DNA from: Nageia nagi
Taxonomy: Eukaryota > Plantae > Pinophyta
DNA: 64,000 nucleotides
Assembly (NCBI GenBank): GCA_050084985.1
Contig: JBITNC010000001.1
Location: forward strand, 193,006,001 to 193,070,000
Direction: 5' to 3'
Positions 38,894 to 53,299 of this stretch are shown piece by piece; the stretch's first letter is position 1, and every line of letters begins with the position of its first letter. Under the pieces are notes generated by a model. The model worked only from the letters and a program-made list of their open reading frames with translations. It searched no databases and was not told the origin of the DNA. The translations under genes and the position numbers were made by a program.

Positions 38894-41800
38894 TGATGGA
38901 ATTGAAGGATTCCATATAACCAAGATCACCTTGAAGTTTCTCCAACAAATCTAATATTAATCCATCTAGCAAAGCAAGAAATAATCACACAAAAGATAAT
39001 GCATCATGTATAGTGGTTCCTCCATCTCTTGGGAGTACATCCACTTTGAATCATTATTTTATTACTTTCTTAGAAGATAACTCTTATTTGATAAAATTCC
39101 ATAATTAGAGGAGTAACTCTCTATTTATAAGAACTAACCCACCCTTTAACCTTCCTTTTACCCAAGAGTAAAGTTAAAGGTGTTTTTTTATTTATTCTCT
39201 TTCTAAATTTATCCCTCTTTCTATTTTTATTCCCTTAATGCTTTAAGGTATCTAAATATACTTTAAGCATTAAGTGAATTTACATTAAAGATAAATATTA
39301 CATAATAAATATTACACAATATTACATTATAATTTCCAACACTTCCCCTTAATGTAAAATTGGGTAGAGAGTTGAAAAGAAAAAGAAAAAAGAGAAAGTA
39401 AGAGAGGTTCTCCTCCAAGAGATACAAGTGGAGATGAGAATTTTTTACATATTTAAGAAAGTAATAGAATATAGATGGTTATACAATGGCTCAACTACTT
39501 AACCATTTTAAAAAATGGTTTTACAATACAATTACTAAAAAGAGTAGTCATTCAACAACATGTTGACATGATGACTCTCCATGAGCCTGCATACCCAAAG
39601 TAACCTGCAATCTCAAGAAGAACCTGCAAGCTATAAGTAGCTCAAAAATAAGATCAGCTAAATACATCATATACACTTATATAAGATATATGTCATCCAT
39701 AAATTGATCAAATATACCAATCTTGACCAAATATAAAGCCAAGATTTACAAAGCATAAATCACATACTAAATAAGTTTGATTTTACCAAGAGTGAGCCAA
39801 GATGCCATAATAAATAAACTTGAATTTACCAAAAGTGAGTCAATTGCCACAATAAATAAACTTGAATTTACCAAGAGTGAGTCAAGATGCCATCTTAACC
39901 ATGCTGCTAGTTAAGATGTATATGATGAAAAAAGGTAGCATTCCTCCAATGAAGATGCAATTTTCTATCAAAGATTGCAATGTGAAGAAGGGAAAACTTT
40001 TTTAACCACTCAACCATTCAACAACCATGGAGAAGGTTGAACCTTTTTAACCACTCTAAGAACATAGTTATGGAGAAAGGCAAACCTTTTTAACCACTCC
40101 ATATACTACAAGAAGCAATGTGGAAAATGATCTGTCGTCATGGATAAAACTTCCCAACATGGAAGTAAAATATGGCAAATAGTGCCCTATAAGTCATCAT
40201 GAAGATGCTAAGCCAATATTTATAGTCACAACCTTCCTAAATATGAAGTAAGAATTACTTCACTCCTTCTTGAGGACAAAGTTATCAACAAAGTCTTGTT
40301 TTAATGGACAATAAACACAAATTACCATAAAAAAATTACTTTTTGATAAAAATATGCTTGGATTTTATATTTTCTAGCAATGTGGCATAATCCATCAATA
40401 TGGGCAATCTTCCAAAACATAGAAGTATAATTAGATTTTACTCGCCCTTAAGGGTGACTTCATAAAAATTGAAGCATATTACAAAACTCTACACATGTAG
40501 AGAGGAATGTACATTTTTGAAAGGTACTTATACACTTCCTTTCCAAAGCAAGATTAATATTCCATTATCAATATCCTCAATAAGTCTTGTGAAGAAAAAT
40601 TTAATTTTTTTTTACTCCAACAAGTATAATATCCATTGTTGAGTAAGTTTATAAACCCTACTCTAACAAGCATGGGTGCACAATAAAAAAACATCCAACT
40701 AGGATAAAAAAAATGTGCACAACTAATGAGGATAGTAATGTTTGAAGAAATCTTACACAAACTTTTACTTCAAATGATGTGCACAATAGAATTAATTTTG
40801 GAAGTTAAAAAAAGAACTTCCATATCAACCATTGATAACAAATGCCAATTCATAGTTCAATGTACATAATAAATCTTTATGCAATATAAATTAATCTTAA
40901 TTTGAAATCCAAAGGATAGTGCATAAAAAAATAGATAAATTTTCATAATGCACATCCACAAGTTTCCATTTTAACAATGTGCAAATTTAATTACCAATAT
41001 ATTGGACATTGTTAATTAATCTTATCAATTAAAGTTGATATAAATATGTCAAATGTTGAAAGAATTTTGCAAGTAATGGTTGCAACTAATTGCTTTGTAC
41101 ATTAACATTTTTTTTAAAAAATTACCAAAAAAGGCATACATTTTGCAAATTATCATAGCATTTTACCTTAAAAAGTTATCCAAAATTTTAAGAAAAGATT
41201 TGATACTTATCAAATACTATATTTGCAAAAACTACATTTGAGTAAAAAAAATATCAATTTAGATAAAGAGACTATAATATTTTTATTTACCCTTTTTTTT
41301 TTAAATTACCCCTTTTTCAAAATCTATTTCTTATAATAAAAAAGATTCCTTCTTTTTTATTATATATAAAAAAAATAGTTTTTTTCATAGAAATTGAAAA
41401 ACAAACAATTTTTTTTTAAATAGTTTCTTAAAAAAACTTTCTTGTTGTTTTTATTTTATTTTAATAAATAATATTTTTTGAAAAATTGGGGGGCTATTAA
41501 TGCTGGTCGAGCGTGCCTCTCCCTAAGGGAGCGATAAGCCAAGGCCAAGCACACCTCCCTAAAGGGGCTAATCGACCTAAGCCAAGTGAGCCACCCTAAG
41601 GGGGACCATTGGCCAGGGTCATGCATGGCTCCCAAAGGGGGGCCTCTAGCTAGCCTACACACACTAACCCCAAAGGAGGTTGCCAGCTAGGTTGCATGAG
41701 CCAACCATAAGGGGGGTTGCTAGCTAGGTTGCATGTGCCAACCCCAAAGGGAATCTGCTAGCCAGGTTATGTACACCAACCCCAAAGGGGGCCACCAACC

Positions 41801-42969
41801 AAGTTGCACATGCCAACCCCAAAAGGGGGCCACCGTCCAAGTTACACGTGCAAAAAAAAAAAAAACTATTATTTTTTAAAAATAAACTTTATTTTTTTTA
41901 ATATATATATATATACAAAAAATAAAAAAATTGTATTATATATTAAAAAATAAAAAAATTGAATAAAAAATATAGAAAATTTTTAAAAATATATATTCTA
42001 TTTTCTTTAAATATGCATACAATGAGATTTTTTAATGCATGCATGCACTTTAATTTTTACAAACATATTATAAAAAAAAAAATTGTACAATAGCATTATA
42101 GTGTTGTATAAACTAAAAATTACAAGACTTTTAATTATTTCTATACTAAATAGAAACTTGTAATTTGTAAGCTATAACAACCCATCTAAGAAAATTTACT
42201 CAAAAATTTGCATATTATTACTACACATTAAGCAATTTTTCTCAAAAAATTGCAACTAACAAATTGTTACTAAAAAATAATGCATAGTAAAATAATTGAA
42301 CTAACATGTTCTTTAATCAAATTTTGCTAGACTTAAACTCATAATCAAGAAACCAAAAGAGGTTAGTGATAAAAATAAAAAATTGACAAGAAGAGGTAAA
42401 TTATACCTTCAAACCCTTTTACCTCAATAGTTTGGATGGAGAATGAAGAGGAAGGACCTTTAGGGATGGCTTTGATACAACTTGATGGAAATGAAGGATT
42501 CCATATAACCAAGATCACCTTGAATTTTCTCCAACAAATCTACCATTCATCCATCTAGCAAAGCAAGAAACAGTCACATCAAAGATAATGCATCATGTAT
42601 AGTGGTTCCTCCATATCTTATGAGTACATCCACTTTGAACCATCATTTTATTACTTTTTCAAAAGATAACTCTCTTACAAATTCTCAAGACAAGCATTAC
42701 GATGCTTCATCAAGTTTTATCAAATTACATAATGAGAGGAGTACCTCTCTATTTATAAGAACTAACCCACCCTTTAACCTTCTTTTTACCCAAGGGTAAG
42801 GTTAAAGGTGTTTCTATATTTATCCTCTTTCTATATTTATTTTTCTTTCTATTTTTATTCCCTTAATGCTTTAAAGTATCTAAAGATACTTTAATCATTA
42901 AGTGAATTTATATTAAAGAGAAATTTTACATAATAAATATTACACAATATTACATTACAATTTCCAACA
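38894..42969 (-). mobile_element. Non-coding LARD-like copia derivative (element 3), same clade as elements 1 and 2
   Basis: LTRs at 38894-39341 and 42483-42969. TSD AGAAA at 38889-38893 and 42970-42974. Degenerate PBS (reverse complement of 42469-42480). PPT (reverse complement of CTTCCCCTT at 39342-39350). The 3' UTR is homologous to elements 1 and 2. Only a trace of the RNase H end remains at ~40250-40380. Confidence 0.92.
41515..41851. repeat. GC-rich ~37-bp minisatellite (about 9 copies) in the element 3 leader
   Basis: CCAACCCCAAAGGGGG..AGCCAGGTTGCACATG-like units, e.g. at 41701, 41738, 41776 and 41813. Confidence 0.85.
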
Positions 42970-45900
42970 AGAAATTGGTACCAAGAGATGATGGATAATA
43001 TTCAAAAAAATATCCTTCAACTAGTCATCTCATAAAGGATCTTAATCCACATCAAACACCAATTACATAAAATATTGGTTAAGGTTGGTTTCCACCTCAA
43101 GAATGCAAGCTATCCACCAACCAAGACACCACATTTAAAACCCCTCAACCATCAAAGAACCTCCGGTTGTGGATAATTTACAACCAAATATAAATTTACT
43201 TAATTTTTAAAAGAATATCTATCAAGCATAAGAAATCTTCAGTCAAAGGTTATCACAAGAAAAGCCCATAATTCTTCAACTTCAACCTCACCCTCCACCT
43301 AAAGTTGAACAACAATACTTTCAAAACATAATACCCAACTTCCAAAATATTTTTTAACATAATAGACATCCTCCATTTCAAAGGGCAATGAATTCTAACC
43401 AATCCAATTCTTCCCAACACATTTCCTTTCAAAATTTACCAAATATCCAAAATGCTAATGCCAATAATTTTGAAATTCCACAAAAGTAGGTGTCTTGGAA
43501 CATAAATCCATAAGGCTAAAATCCTAATGTTGATCAATTTAACTAAGCCAATCTTGATGATTGGGATGAAATTGAATAAACATTTATGCAATACTAACCA
43601 AATACCCAAACTGCACCAAACCAAGCTATGGCTCATTTTCAAACTCCTCCATTTCAAAGTACCTAAAGTGGTCTAAACCAAGGTATAACTCATTTCCAAA
43701 ATATTTCATTTCAAAATACTACCAACAACAACATGCAAAACCTTCATGGAGCTCAAAATGCCACTCAAAATTCACAATCAAATGCAAACCTACAAAATAC
43801 CCAACAAGGTTCCTCAACTCCATCCATGGAAGAGATGCAATAATTGATTGGGCATATGCAAAATATTATCTACCAAAAATAGATTTTTGATTTACATGCA
43901 AGTCAAAATCATGATATTATATAAGGTACACAATAAGGGCAAGGTTATGGTATGCAACATAATAGTAGTCAACATATGCAATAGAGTTATGGTTTTAATA
44001 CTCAATTTCAACACCAAGGTCAACAACAAGTTTATAATTAAAATCTTGGGCATAATAGACAAGGAACATATTGGGATCAACAAGGCACATTCTATAACCC
44101 CAATGCACATGATTTTGAAAGGAAAGTAAGTTTATTCAATAAACCAAATCAATATTATGGTGGATCAAATCCACCCCATGGTGGAACAAATTCACCTTAT
44201 GGAGTACCCAATGTGCATAATGAAAGCCAGATTATGAGAAGCTTACAAGAGTTAGATGCTAAGATAAATAATCTATAATTATCTAAAGTCAACTATGGGG
44301 AGATATGCAATGAGCCTATAAATCCTTGTATCCCCATTACCCCAAAAAGTTTGAGATGCCTAAAATAGATAAGTTCAAGAGTAAAGAGGATCCAAAGGAG
44401 AATTTGAGGTACATTAAACATGCTTGTTATTTTATTGCAAATGATAATGCTTTCTTATTGAGAAAATTTCCTATGACTCTTTGTTGATAAGCTATGAATT
44501 GGTATAATATATTACCACAACATAGCTTGTATACATTTGAGCAACTTGCAAATCGCTTTCTTGAATATTTCTCTATCAATATCAAGAAAAGAGCTTCTAT
44601 TACAAATTTAATGAAGTTGAATCAATTTGATCAAGATTCCATTTTTTAATATGTTGCTAGATGATTCTATTTTATTTTATATATGAAATTCTCTTTTCCT
44701 CAATAGGAGTTGGTAGGACTATTTAGAAAAAGTTGCATTAGGTAAATCTCTACTTATCTCCAAACATAGTAACATAGGACCTTTAAGGAAGGAATTTCTC
44801 AAGAAAAGGTTATAGAGGAGGTAATGGTTCAAAATGGTGAGATAAAGGTGGTAAAGAAAGAAAATAATAACCATGCTTATGGATCCAATAAGAGTGGTGC
44901 TACGAATGGAGGCAAGCCCCAAGTCAACCAATTTATGCTCCAAGCACCACCACCACCTCTAATGCAAAATGTTCAATAGTTTAATCAAATGAATGTACCA
45001 AGTAAACCTTACAATCAAAATCAATTATAGGGTAAGAATCAAAATCAAGCATAGGGCCAAGTTGTTGTGGGAACCTTTGTACAAGATCTTCACAAAACTT
45101 AATGGTGCCAAACTATTGAGATTACTAAAAGTGTGATGGGATACTTCTTGGGACACTAAGCCACGGTATAAAGATGTTGATTTTTGTGATTTACATAGGG
45201 TACAAGGCCATAGTATTGAATATTACATTTATATATGCAAGGTCATTTAAAGTTTCATAGATTCAAGGAAGTTAGTTCTTAATGGTACCTCTTTGGATCC
45301 TAACACCAACTTGTAATTTTTTCAAAATCTATTGCCTCAACAGGGTGTGAATCAAGTTAGTACCACTAGGATTTACAATTAGCCTACTTAAAATGTACCC
45401 TATGACTATGGAATGAAATAAGAATAGGTCAAGGAAGAAAAATATACATAAGAATAGATGCACTTTGTAGGGATGATTAATTTAACCACCAGGAAAAACC
45501 AATACAAAGACAAAGGAAAGGGTCCATGATAAAATCATGAGGAAATGGGGGTGGAAATTAATATGCTAAATCATATTTCTCCCCTTCCTCCTCTAGCATA
45601 ATGAGGTGTTAATAAGAAGTTATAAAGTAAATTGGAGCAATAGTTGAGACTTACCCCCATCAAATTCTCTCTATGGGACCTAATCAAGAATTCTCATCAA
45701 CATAGAGAGGCTTTGGATCAGATTTTGCAAACTGTAGAGTTGGATGCCTCAAATCCCAACACTTTTGTTAACTTTATTGGGAGTGTGCAAGGGAATGTAG
45801 GGCCATTCATTCCATTCTTTCAGCAAGATATCCATAATGTTGGAAATCATAAGTATAAGGATCCTCCCTTACACATTATAGCCTATGTTGATGGAAAATA

Positions 45901-48900
45901 TTTTAAGCGGGTGCTTGTAGATGGTGGATCAACCATCAATGTGGTTTATTCATCAATATTAGAAAAGGTTAGCCTACCTTGGTCACATCTTAAGGCCCCC
46001 ACACTTATTCTACTAGCTTTTAATAATCAATTAGGTGATAGAGGGAGAATAATAGTATAACTTCCTACTTAGTAGGCCTTGTATTAGAGAGATGGAGTGT
46101 GTCCCTTTCACATTGTATGATTATGTAAAATACCTTAAGAATGGGATCATACATTGTATATGGATGGATGAAGAAATTTTCAACCATTGTAACCTTGCTG
46201 AGCTACCTAATGGCCCTATCCTTCCATCCACCTACATATTTCTTGATATTATCCACATTAACCAAGATCCATTATCTCTTGGTACTACTATTAATGAAAA
46301 TCTAAAGTAGTAAAATGTGAATCAATTAATAAGCTAGTCCTAACTAAAAATGAACAAAGTTCCATAGATGTGCATAAATATGATATTCTAACAATCATCT
46401 ATGAAGAGCCTAACAACCAAGATACCCTCATGATACCTTCCCCTATAATTCAAGAAGAAATATCTTAGAAGGTATTAGTGACATACCTAGATTAAAAACT
46501 TAAACAAAACATCTTCTCTACATGTGAACCAAGCATAATTAATCAAATAGAGGAGAGTAATACAGTAAAAGAGGACCTTCAAATTGTAACTAAAAAATAA
46601 AAGGAGGAATCCATATATGATCACAAGCATATCTCTTGAGTGGATGTACAATTCAAAAATGTTAGTCTTGATGAGTATACCATCAATGATATTCTATTTA
46701 ATGTCTTGTGTCTTCATGATGTAGGCCATCTGTCTAAATATCCCTTGGCCATTGGTACAGTGGTACCACTTGTTCCATCAAATAACCAAACTTGATTTGT
46801 TTATGTAGGCTCTAATTTCCCCTCTTACCAATTTCTTAAGGTCAGATCAAAACAAGAATTTTTATGTAAACTTGATTATTTGTCTAGACCTTCCTTTATT
46901 CACCACTATTTTTTCAAGTGTAATGATAGGGCTTTGGTTTGGGTTGGTATGAGCAAGGCATGATTCATGTCATGTAAATACCCACTCAAGGTGATAAAGA
47001 TAAATGAGGAATTGGTTTCAAAGATCCTTTAATAATAATAACTACATCCCAAATCCATGAGATAGAGGATGAGGAGGACTATGAGGAACATGCCTCTCCT
47101 CATGAGGACTTGCTATATGAAGTATCCTCTTATCCAACATCTCAATGTTCTAGTATTCATTTTTTATTCAAACAAATCAACATGGTTAGAGTCTCCTCAA
47201 TTTCTCCTTTTTCTCATCTCCTTGATTTTAATATTATTCATGTAGTGGATCAAGATACTGCTAGTTTTAGAATGATTCCTAAAACTGATCTTACCAACCA
47301 TGATAGTTTTATTTGGCCTTAAAACCATGCCAAACCCTATGATTATGATCTAAATGAGGATACTTATTGGCCATATCTTAGCCACTAGTGGGAGTATGAA
47401 TCACACATGCTAGTTGAGGAGTCAGTTGAGATCAACCTAGGAGAGGATCCTAGTATTCAAAAAATGGTTCAATTTGGTAAAGGGCTTGACATAGATGAGC
47501 TAGAAAAATGTAATACAAAGATAAAGAAGAGAGTAAAGGTATTTGCTTATGTATATCAAGATATGTTAAGGTTGGATGCCAACATTATGGTGCATCATTT
47601 GAATTTAAAACCTAATGCTAAACCAATTAAATAACAACCACACCATATGCATCCTAGCAAGGCATTATTAGTAAAAGCAAAGCTATAGAAAATATTGGAT
47701 GCCAAATTTATAGAGGCTATTTCTCATCTAGAGTGGATCTCCAATCCAATGATAGTTCCCAAGCCAGATGGTCGAATCAAGATTTGCACAGACTTTAGAG
47801 ATGCAAATAAAGCGTATCCTAAGGATGATTTTCCTTTGGCCAACATTCATACCTTAGTAGAAAATACAAAGAGTCATGATATATTTTCACTAATGGATGG
47901 ATTTTTCAAATACAATAAAATCATAATCATTAAGGAGGATAAGCACAAAATGACATTCACCACTCCATGGGGGACATATTATTATAGACTAATGCCATTT
48001 GGTCTTAAGAATGTGAGAGTAAATTATTAGAGGGACATGAATTATATTCTTCATGACTATATGCATGATATAGTTGAGTATTACTTGGATGAATTATTGT
48101 GAAGACTAAAATACATGATACTCATCTTGAGGTAGTGTGTAAGGTTTTGGATAAATTGATAGAATACAATGTTAGACTTAATCCAAAGAAGTGTGTTTTT
48201 GGGGTTCTATCAAGGAAATTATTTTATATCCAAGAAATGTATTGATGTTTATCCTAACAAGATCCATGTTATTAATGAAATACCTCCTCCAAATAATTTG
48301 AAATAGTTTCAGAGTTTACAGGGTAAGTTTTAGGCTATTACGAGATTCATAGCATAGTTTTTTGATAAATATAGACCATGCAATAAGTTACTAAAGAAGA
48401 ATGTCAAATTTTATTAGGATTTAGAGTATCAAGAGGCCTTTGATGTGATAAAGAAATATCTAACTCATCCCCCATTCTTATTCCTCCAAGGATGGAAGTG
48501 CCCTTTCACTTGTATATTTTTACCATCCACTTTGCTTTGGGCTTGATGCTGGCCCAATAGAATGAAGCAAAGAGAGAGCAAGCCATCTACTACCTAAGTC
48601 TTACTCTAGTGGTGTATGAGACTAGATTACATACATATTAAGAAATTATACCCCGCATTAGTCTTTGTAGATCAAAAGCTAAGATACTACATGCTGAATT
48701 ACAAGACCTATATTATTTTCAAGATGGATCCCTTAAAGTATGTGATGAATATGACTATGCTAAATACTTGAGTTAAAAAATGGATCATGTTTCTCATGAT
48801 TGTACCTTGAGTTCATCAATCAAAAATATATCAAGGGTCAAGTTATAATTGATCAATTGGTAAAAGCACATCAAAAGAATGACATTCCTCTACATATTGA

Positions 48901-49372
48901 GTTACCAAATAGAAATCTATTTAGTGTGTTTGAGATTGAGGAGGTGGTAGAATAAGAGGATTTTCATATAGCCATGTATTTTGATGGATCTCACTATGAG
49001 AAAGGGGGAGGAACTAGGGTAGTATTTATAATGCATCAAGGTGTGACCATGCCTATGTCTTTTAAATGATCCTTTGAGTGCATGAACAATAATGCCAAGT
49101 ATGAAGCACTCATCCTTGGTTTGAAATTAGCAATAAAGATGAAGTATGAGCACCTCAATATATATGATGAATATTTGATAATTGTTAGCCAAATCATAGG
49201 AATTTATGCTTATAATCAACCTCATATTTAGTTGCATAAGGCCATGATTGAGAATTTACATGAATATTTTAAAGCATATGCTATTAAGGCTACCCCTAGA
49301 TCCTCAAATAGATTTGTAGATACAATGACATATTTGGGATCCTTGATTCCCTAAAATCCATTTCAAATGATT

Positions 49373-50754
49373 TGTAAACCCTAATTTAGGATTTAATTTA
49401 TATGTTCATAATTTATTCATTTTAGTGCATGCAAAAATAAAAATGCACACCAAATCAAAAATACATAAAATGATGTACACAAATAGTTACCTTGGTTTGA
49501 ATGATGTGGTCTACATCCAATAAATAGTAATCCATATTGTAGAATCCATTTCAAAATATCACTTGTATGATCCTTCTTGCTTCACTCTTTTATTTTTCAA
49601 AGCCAAATCACATGATTACTATAGTATCTCTACCAAATCCCTTTCTTTAAGATGAATCTCTTTTCAACAAAAGTCCTTGAACATAGTTCCACATCTCTTG
49701 TCCCGAGATGACATATTTAGAACTTCTCTTTGAATTTTTTTTTTCATCATGGTGATTATGTTTTCCATTTCTTTTTCCATGTCAATAATCTTGTCGGTGT
49801 TCTTTTTCTTCTTCTATGCAAGCTTGAAATGCATGTCCATTATTACTCTCATGGTTTTATTATTTTACATGGAGTTTACAATAAAATATAGTATTCTACA
49901 TTTTTCAAACCTACGCTAACACCCTATTTGGAGAAAAAACCACTAAAATGAATTCAATTTTTCATACTCCATGTTCCCTTTTATAAATTTAAAGGATTAC
50001 AAATTTGGAGTTTATGGTTACATGGTTATAAGATAATAGTTGTTATTTTTCCTCCTTTACAATATTCTCTCTCACCCTCACAACAATAATTTCCCTCATT
50101 TGTATTTTCATAGCATTGTTTTGGCATCATATGGTTATCCATTATATTCTCCTATATTTTTGGATTTTACCAAATTGTCAAAATTGCTTCTGGTGCCATT
50201 TTTGCATGAGCACAACTTCATGAACATAATTGAAAATGTCACAAAATTTGATCCATGTGTTCTTGGATATATGTAACTTAACTAGTCCAAATTTCATACA
50301 TTAAATCCTTATTGGTAGCTCCTAGCAACATCATTAGTTGACCTCAATGCAGATTTGCACCTGACAGTTGTCAAACTTTTGACTATCATGAATGAAGAAT
50401 GATAATTTACCATTTTGTGAGCACCATAAATTTCAAGTATTTACTCTAAATGCCTTAAAATGTTAACAAAATGTTAAACATAATATGATGTACTAATGAC
50501 TGAAATTTCAAGCTATGAATCAAGTCAAGCTACTCTTGGTGAACCAATCAATAGAGTCTTCCATGCATATTTTGCATTTTTTTATATTTAACTCCAAATT
50601 TTGAAAAGCCATAACTTACAAACCATAGTTCCATTTCTTCATCATTTGAAGTGTTAGAATTGTGGAAGAGAGATATTTAATATGAAAGAGAACAATCAAA
50701 AAAATTAAAAACTTGAAAAGTCACCTTTTTTATGACTCTAAAATCCATTTCACA
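49373..50754 (-). mobile_element. Probable solo LTR (1.38 kb) inserted between the extra RNase H and the integrase of the Tat element
   Basis: Non-coding block with TG..CA ends that interrupts pol. Flanks are TGATT and TCATT (4/5 TSD match). Orientation is inferred. Confidence 0.65.
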
Positions 50755-53299
50755 TCATTGAAGGATCACATATATGGAAGTGATTACTATGTATAAATAC
50801 TCAATGATTTTCCCTTATATCACAAGGATCCAAAAAAATAGGTTAATGAGCTCAATGTTGTATCTAAAGACTTAAGGTATCACCAATTCAAGGATTATCT
50901 TAAGTGGGGGACCTTGCTCGCCACCATGTCTACCATTGAGAAGCACCAATTCAAATAGAAATGCATTAAGTACACTATTCTAGGTGATGTTGTTTATAGA
51001 AGGGGTTATCATAGAGTTATTATTAATTGTATAGAGTGTTTGTACCACAAGATTACTATGCATACATGTCATGATGGTACTTATGGATGGCACTTTAGTG
51101 GATTTACAATTTCCAAGAGACTGATGAGAATGGGGTATTATTGGCTTAGAGAGATTACCATGACTATGTCAAGAAGTGTGTAAAGTGTCAAAAAGATTTT
51201 AATTTGACACACACACATAATATCAAGAATTACAATCCATTCATGCTATTTGATTATTCTCTAGATGGGGATTTAATTTGATTGGCCAAGTTAACCCACC
51301 TTCATCTTGAGGGCACAAGTTCATCATTACTACCATCGAATATTTCATAAAGTGGGTAGAGGTAGCCCCCATGGTATCCACTAATAATCCTAAGATTATA
51401 TAATTCATTAAGCATTTAATATCATTATTTGATTTGGCATCCTTGCATTGATCATCTTAGATAATGGTCCAAACTTCAATAATAAGGACATGCAAAGCTT
51501 TTGCTATAGATATAAGATTAATCATAGCTTTTCTACACCTTACTATCAAAAGGGTAATTGGAAAGTGAAGGAAAAAAATAAGAGTATAATGGCAATCCTT
51601 TAGAAAATTATCAGCATATCACATAGGGATTGGCATACTCAGATACTACTTACATTGTGGGCTTTCATAACCAACATTCACACTCCTATAGGTGTCACAC
51701 AATTCTAATTAATGTATGGGGCCAAGGCTATGATGCCCCTAGAGCTTGAGATCCCATCCTTATGCATTCAATTGTAAGATTTTATTTTAGAACTAGAGGC
51801 TTGATAGACTAGATTGGACCATTTGATTTTGCTAGGTGAGAGACATGTCAATGCCTTAGAGCACTTCAAAGGTTACAAGAATAATCTTAAGTAAGCTTAT
51901 AGGAAAAGGGTAAGGTTGCAAGAATTTCATATAGGTAATGTGATCATAAAATAAAATCAACAATAATCATATTTAGAGTAGGTTCTGAGGGATAAGTTTG
52001 CTTCAAACTAGCTAGGGCCCTATGTGATTAAACCAAATTTGGATCATGGGAATATATTGGAAGGGGTATAAGAGGCTAAAATAATTAATATCATACAAAT
52101 TTTTCCCTTACACATCTAGGGGACGTATGATTTTATTGCATATCATATTATTTTTTATTTTTCTTGCATCTTGGATTCCTAAAAAAGATAAAAAATTCTA
52201 AAATATATATCTTAATCATCAAGTAAATCCATTAATGTCTTTTTTTCATCTTATTGTTTGCCATCACTCCATAGTGAGAGTCAATCTTATTTAACTTTAA
52301 TTTTTTTGGTATATGTGCCCATATAAGAAGAATTCATATATAGGCTATACTAAGTACCTATGAGGGTCTCTTTTCATCTACCAAAGTTTTATTTCATCAA
52401 GCTAGATCTTGACATTTAGGATTGATACTTGGATGGTCTTTCACTTTCAATATTTCCTATATTTTTTTGGAGATATGAAAACCACTAGTCACTCATTCCA
52501 AGCATCAATCACTTGCAGTGTATTCACTTTAATGTACTTACTTCATTTTTGATTATATTTTCTTAACAATTTGTAAAGATCGTGGAACCGTTAGATGACA
52601 CATTCTTCCTAGTCCGATTGGGGCTAGAGCTTATCTTACACACTCAAATGGAAGTTGATTCCAAACCTATTTGAATTGATTATTATGTACACTTATTATA
52701 TTTCATAGTTACCAATTATTCATGTTCTCATGGTTTCTCACCATGGGTCAGGGCAATTGAATGGCTTTCCTTGCATTATTTCGTAAAATGATCAAAGGAA
52801 CAAGTTCTCATTTAGCACATTAAAATGGAACTTGGTATTTAAAATTCTACATCATACCATCATGTATTATTGTTTATTTTGTAATATTAAAACTCATTCA
52901 TCTAAATAAAGAATAAAATACATCCAACCTAACCATGTTGAATGTGTACCAATAAAAATATGCATGAATTGAACCATTGCATACCATAACCATCACAATA
53001 ACAAAAGAGCAACATATATACATTCACCATCATTTTGAATAAACACATGTAAACAAACTATAATATATGCATATATAAAAATTGCATAATCCATTAAAAA
53101 AAATACATAATCCATACAAAGTGCTTTGATACAAAAATATCATCTAATGACATGCATCTATCTCATATGTCTAACCTAGCCTATGTAGTCTAACTAGCCA
53201 AAATATGTGTGTCTTGTCACCATTATCCACCGTACAAGATGTTGAAAAGAAGATGGATATCTCTCATGCTATCTCACCATATAATGAGATGCCTCTGAA

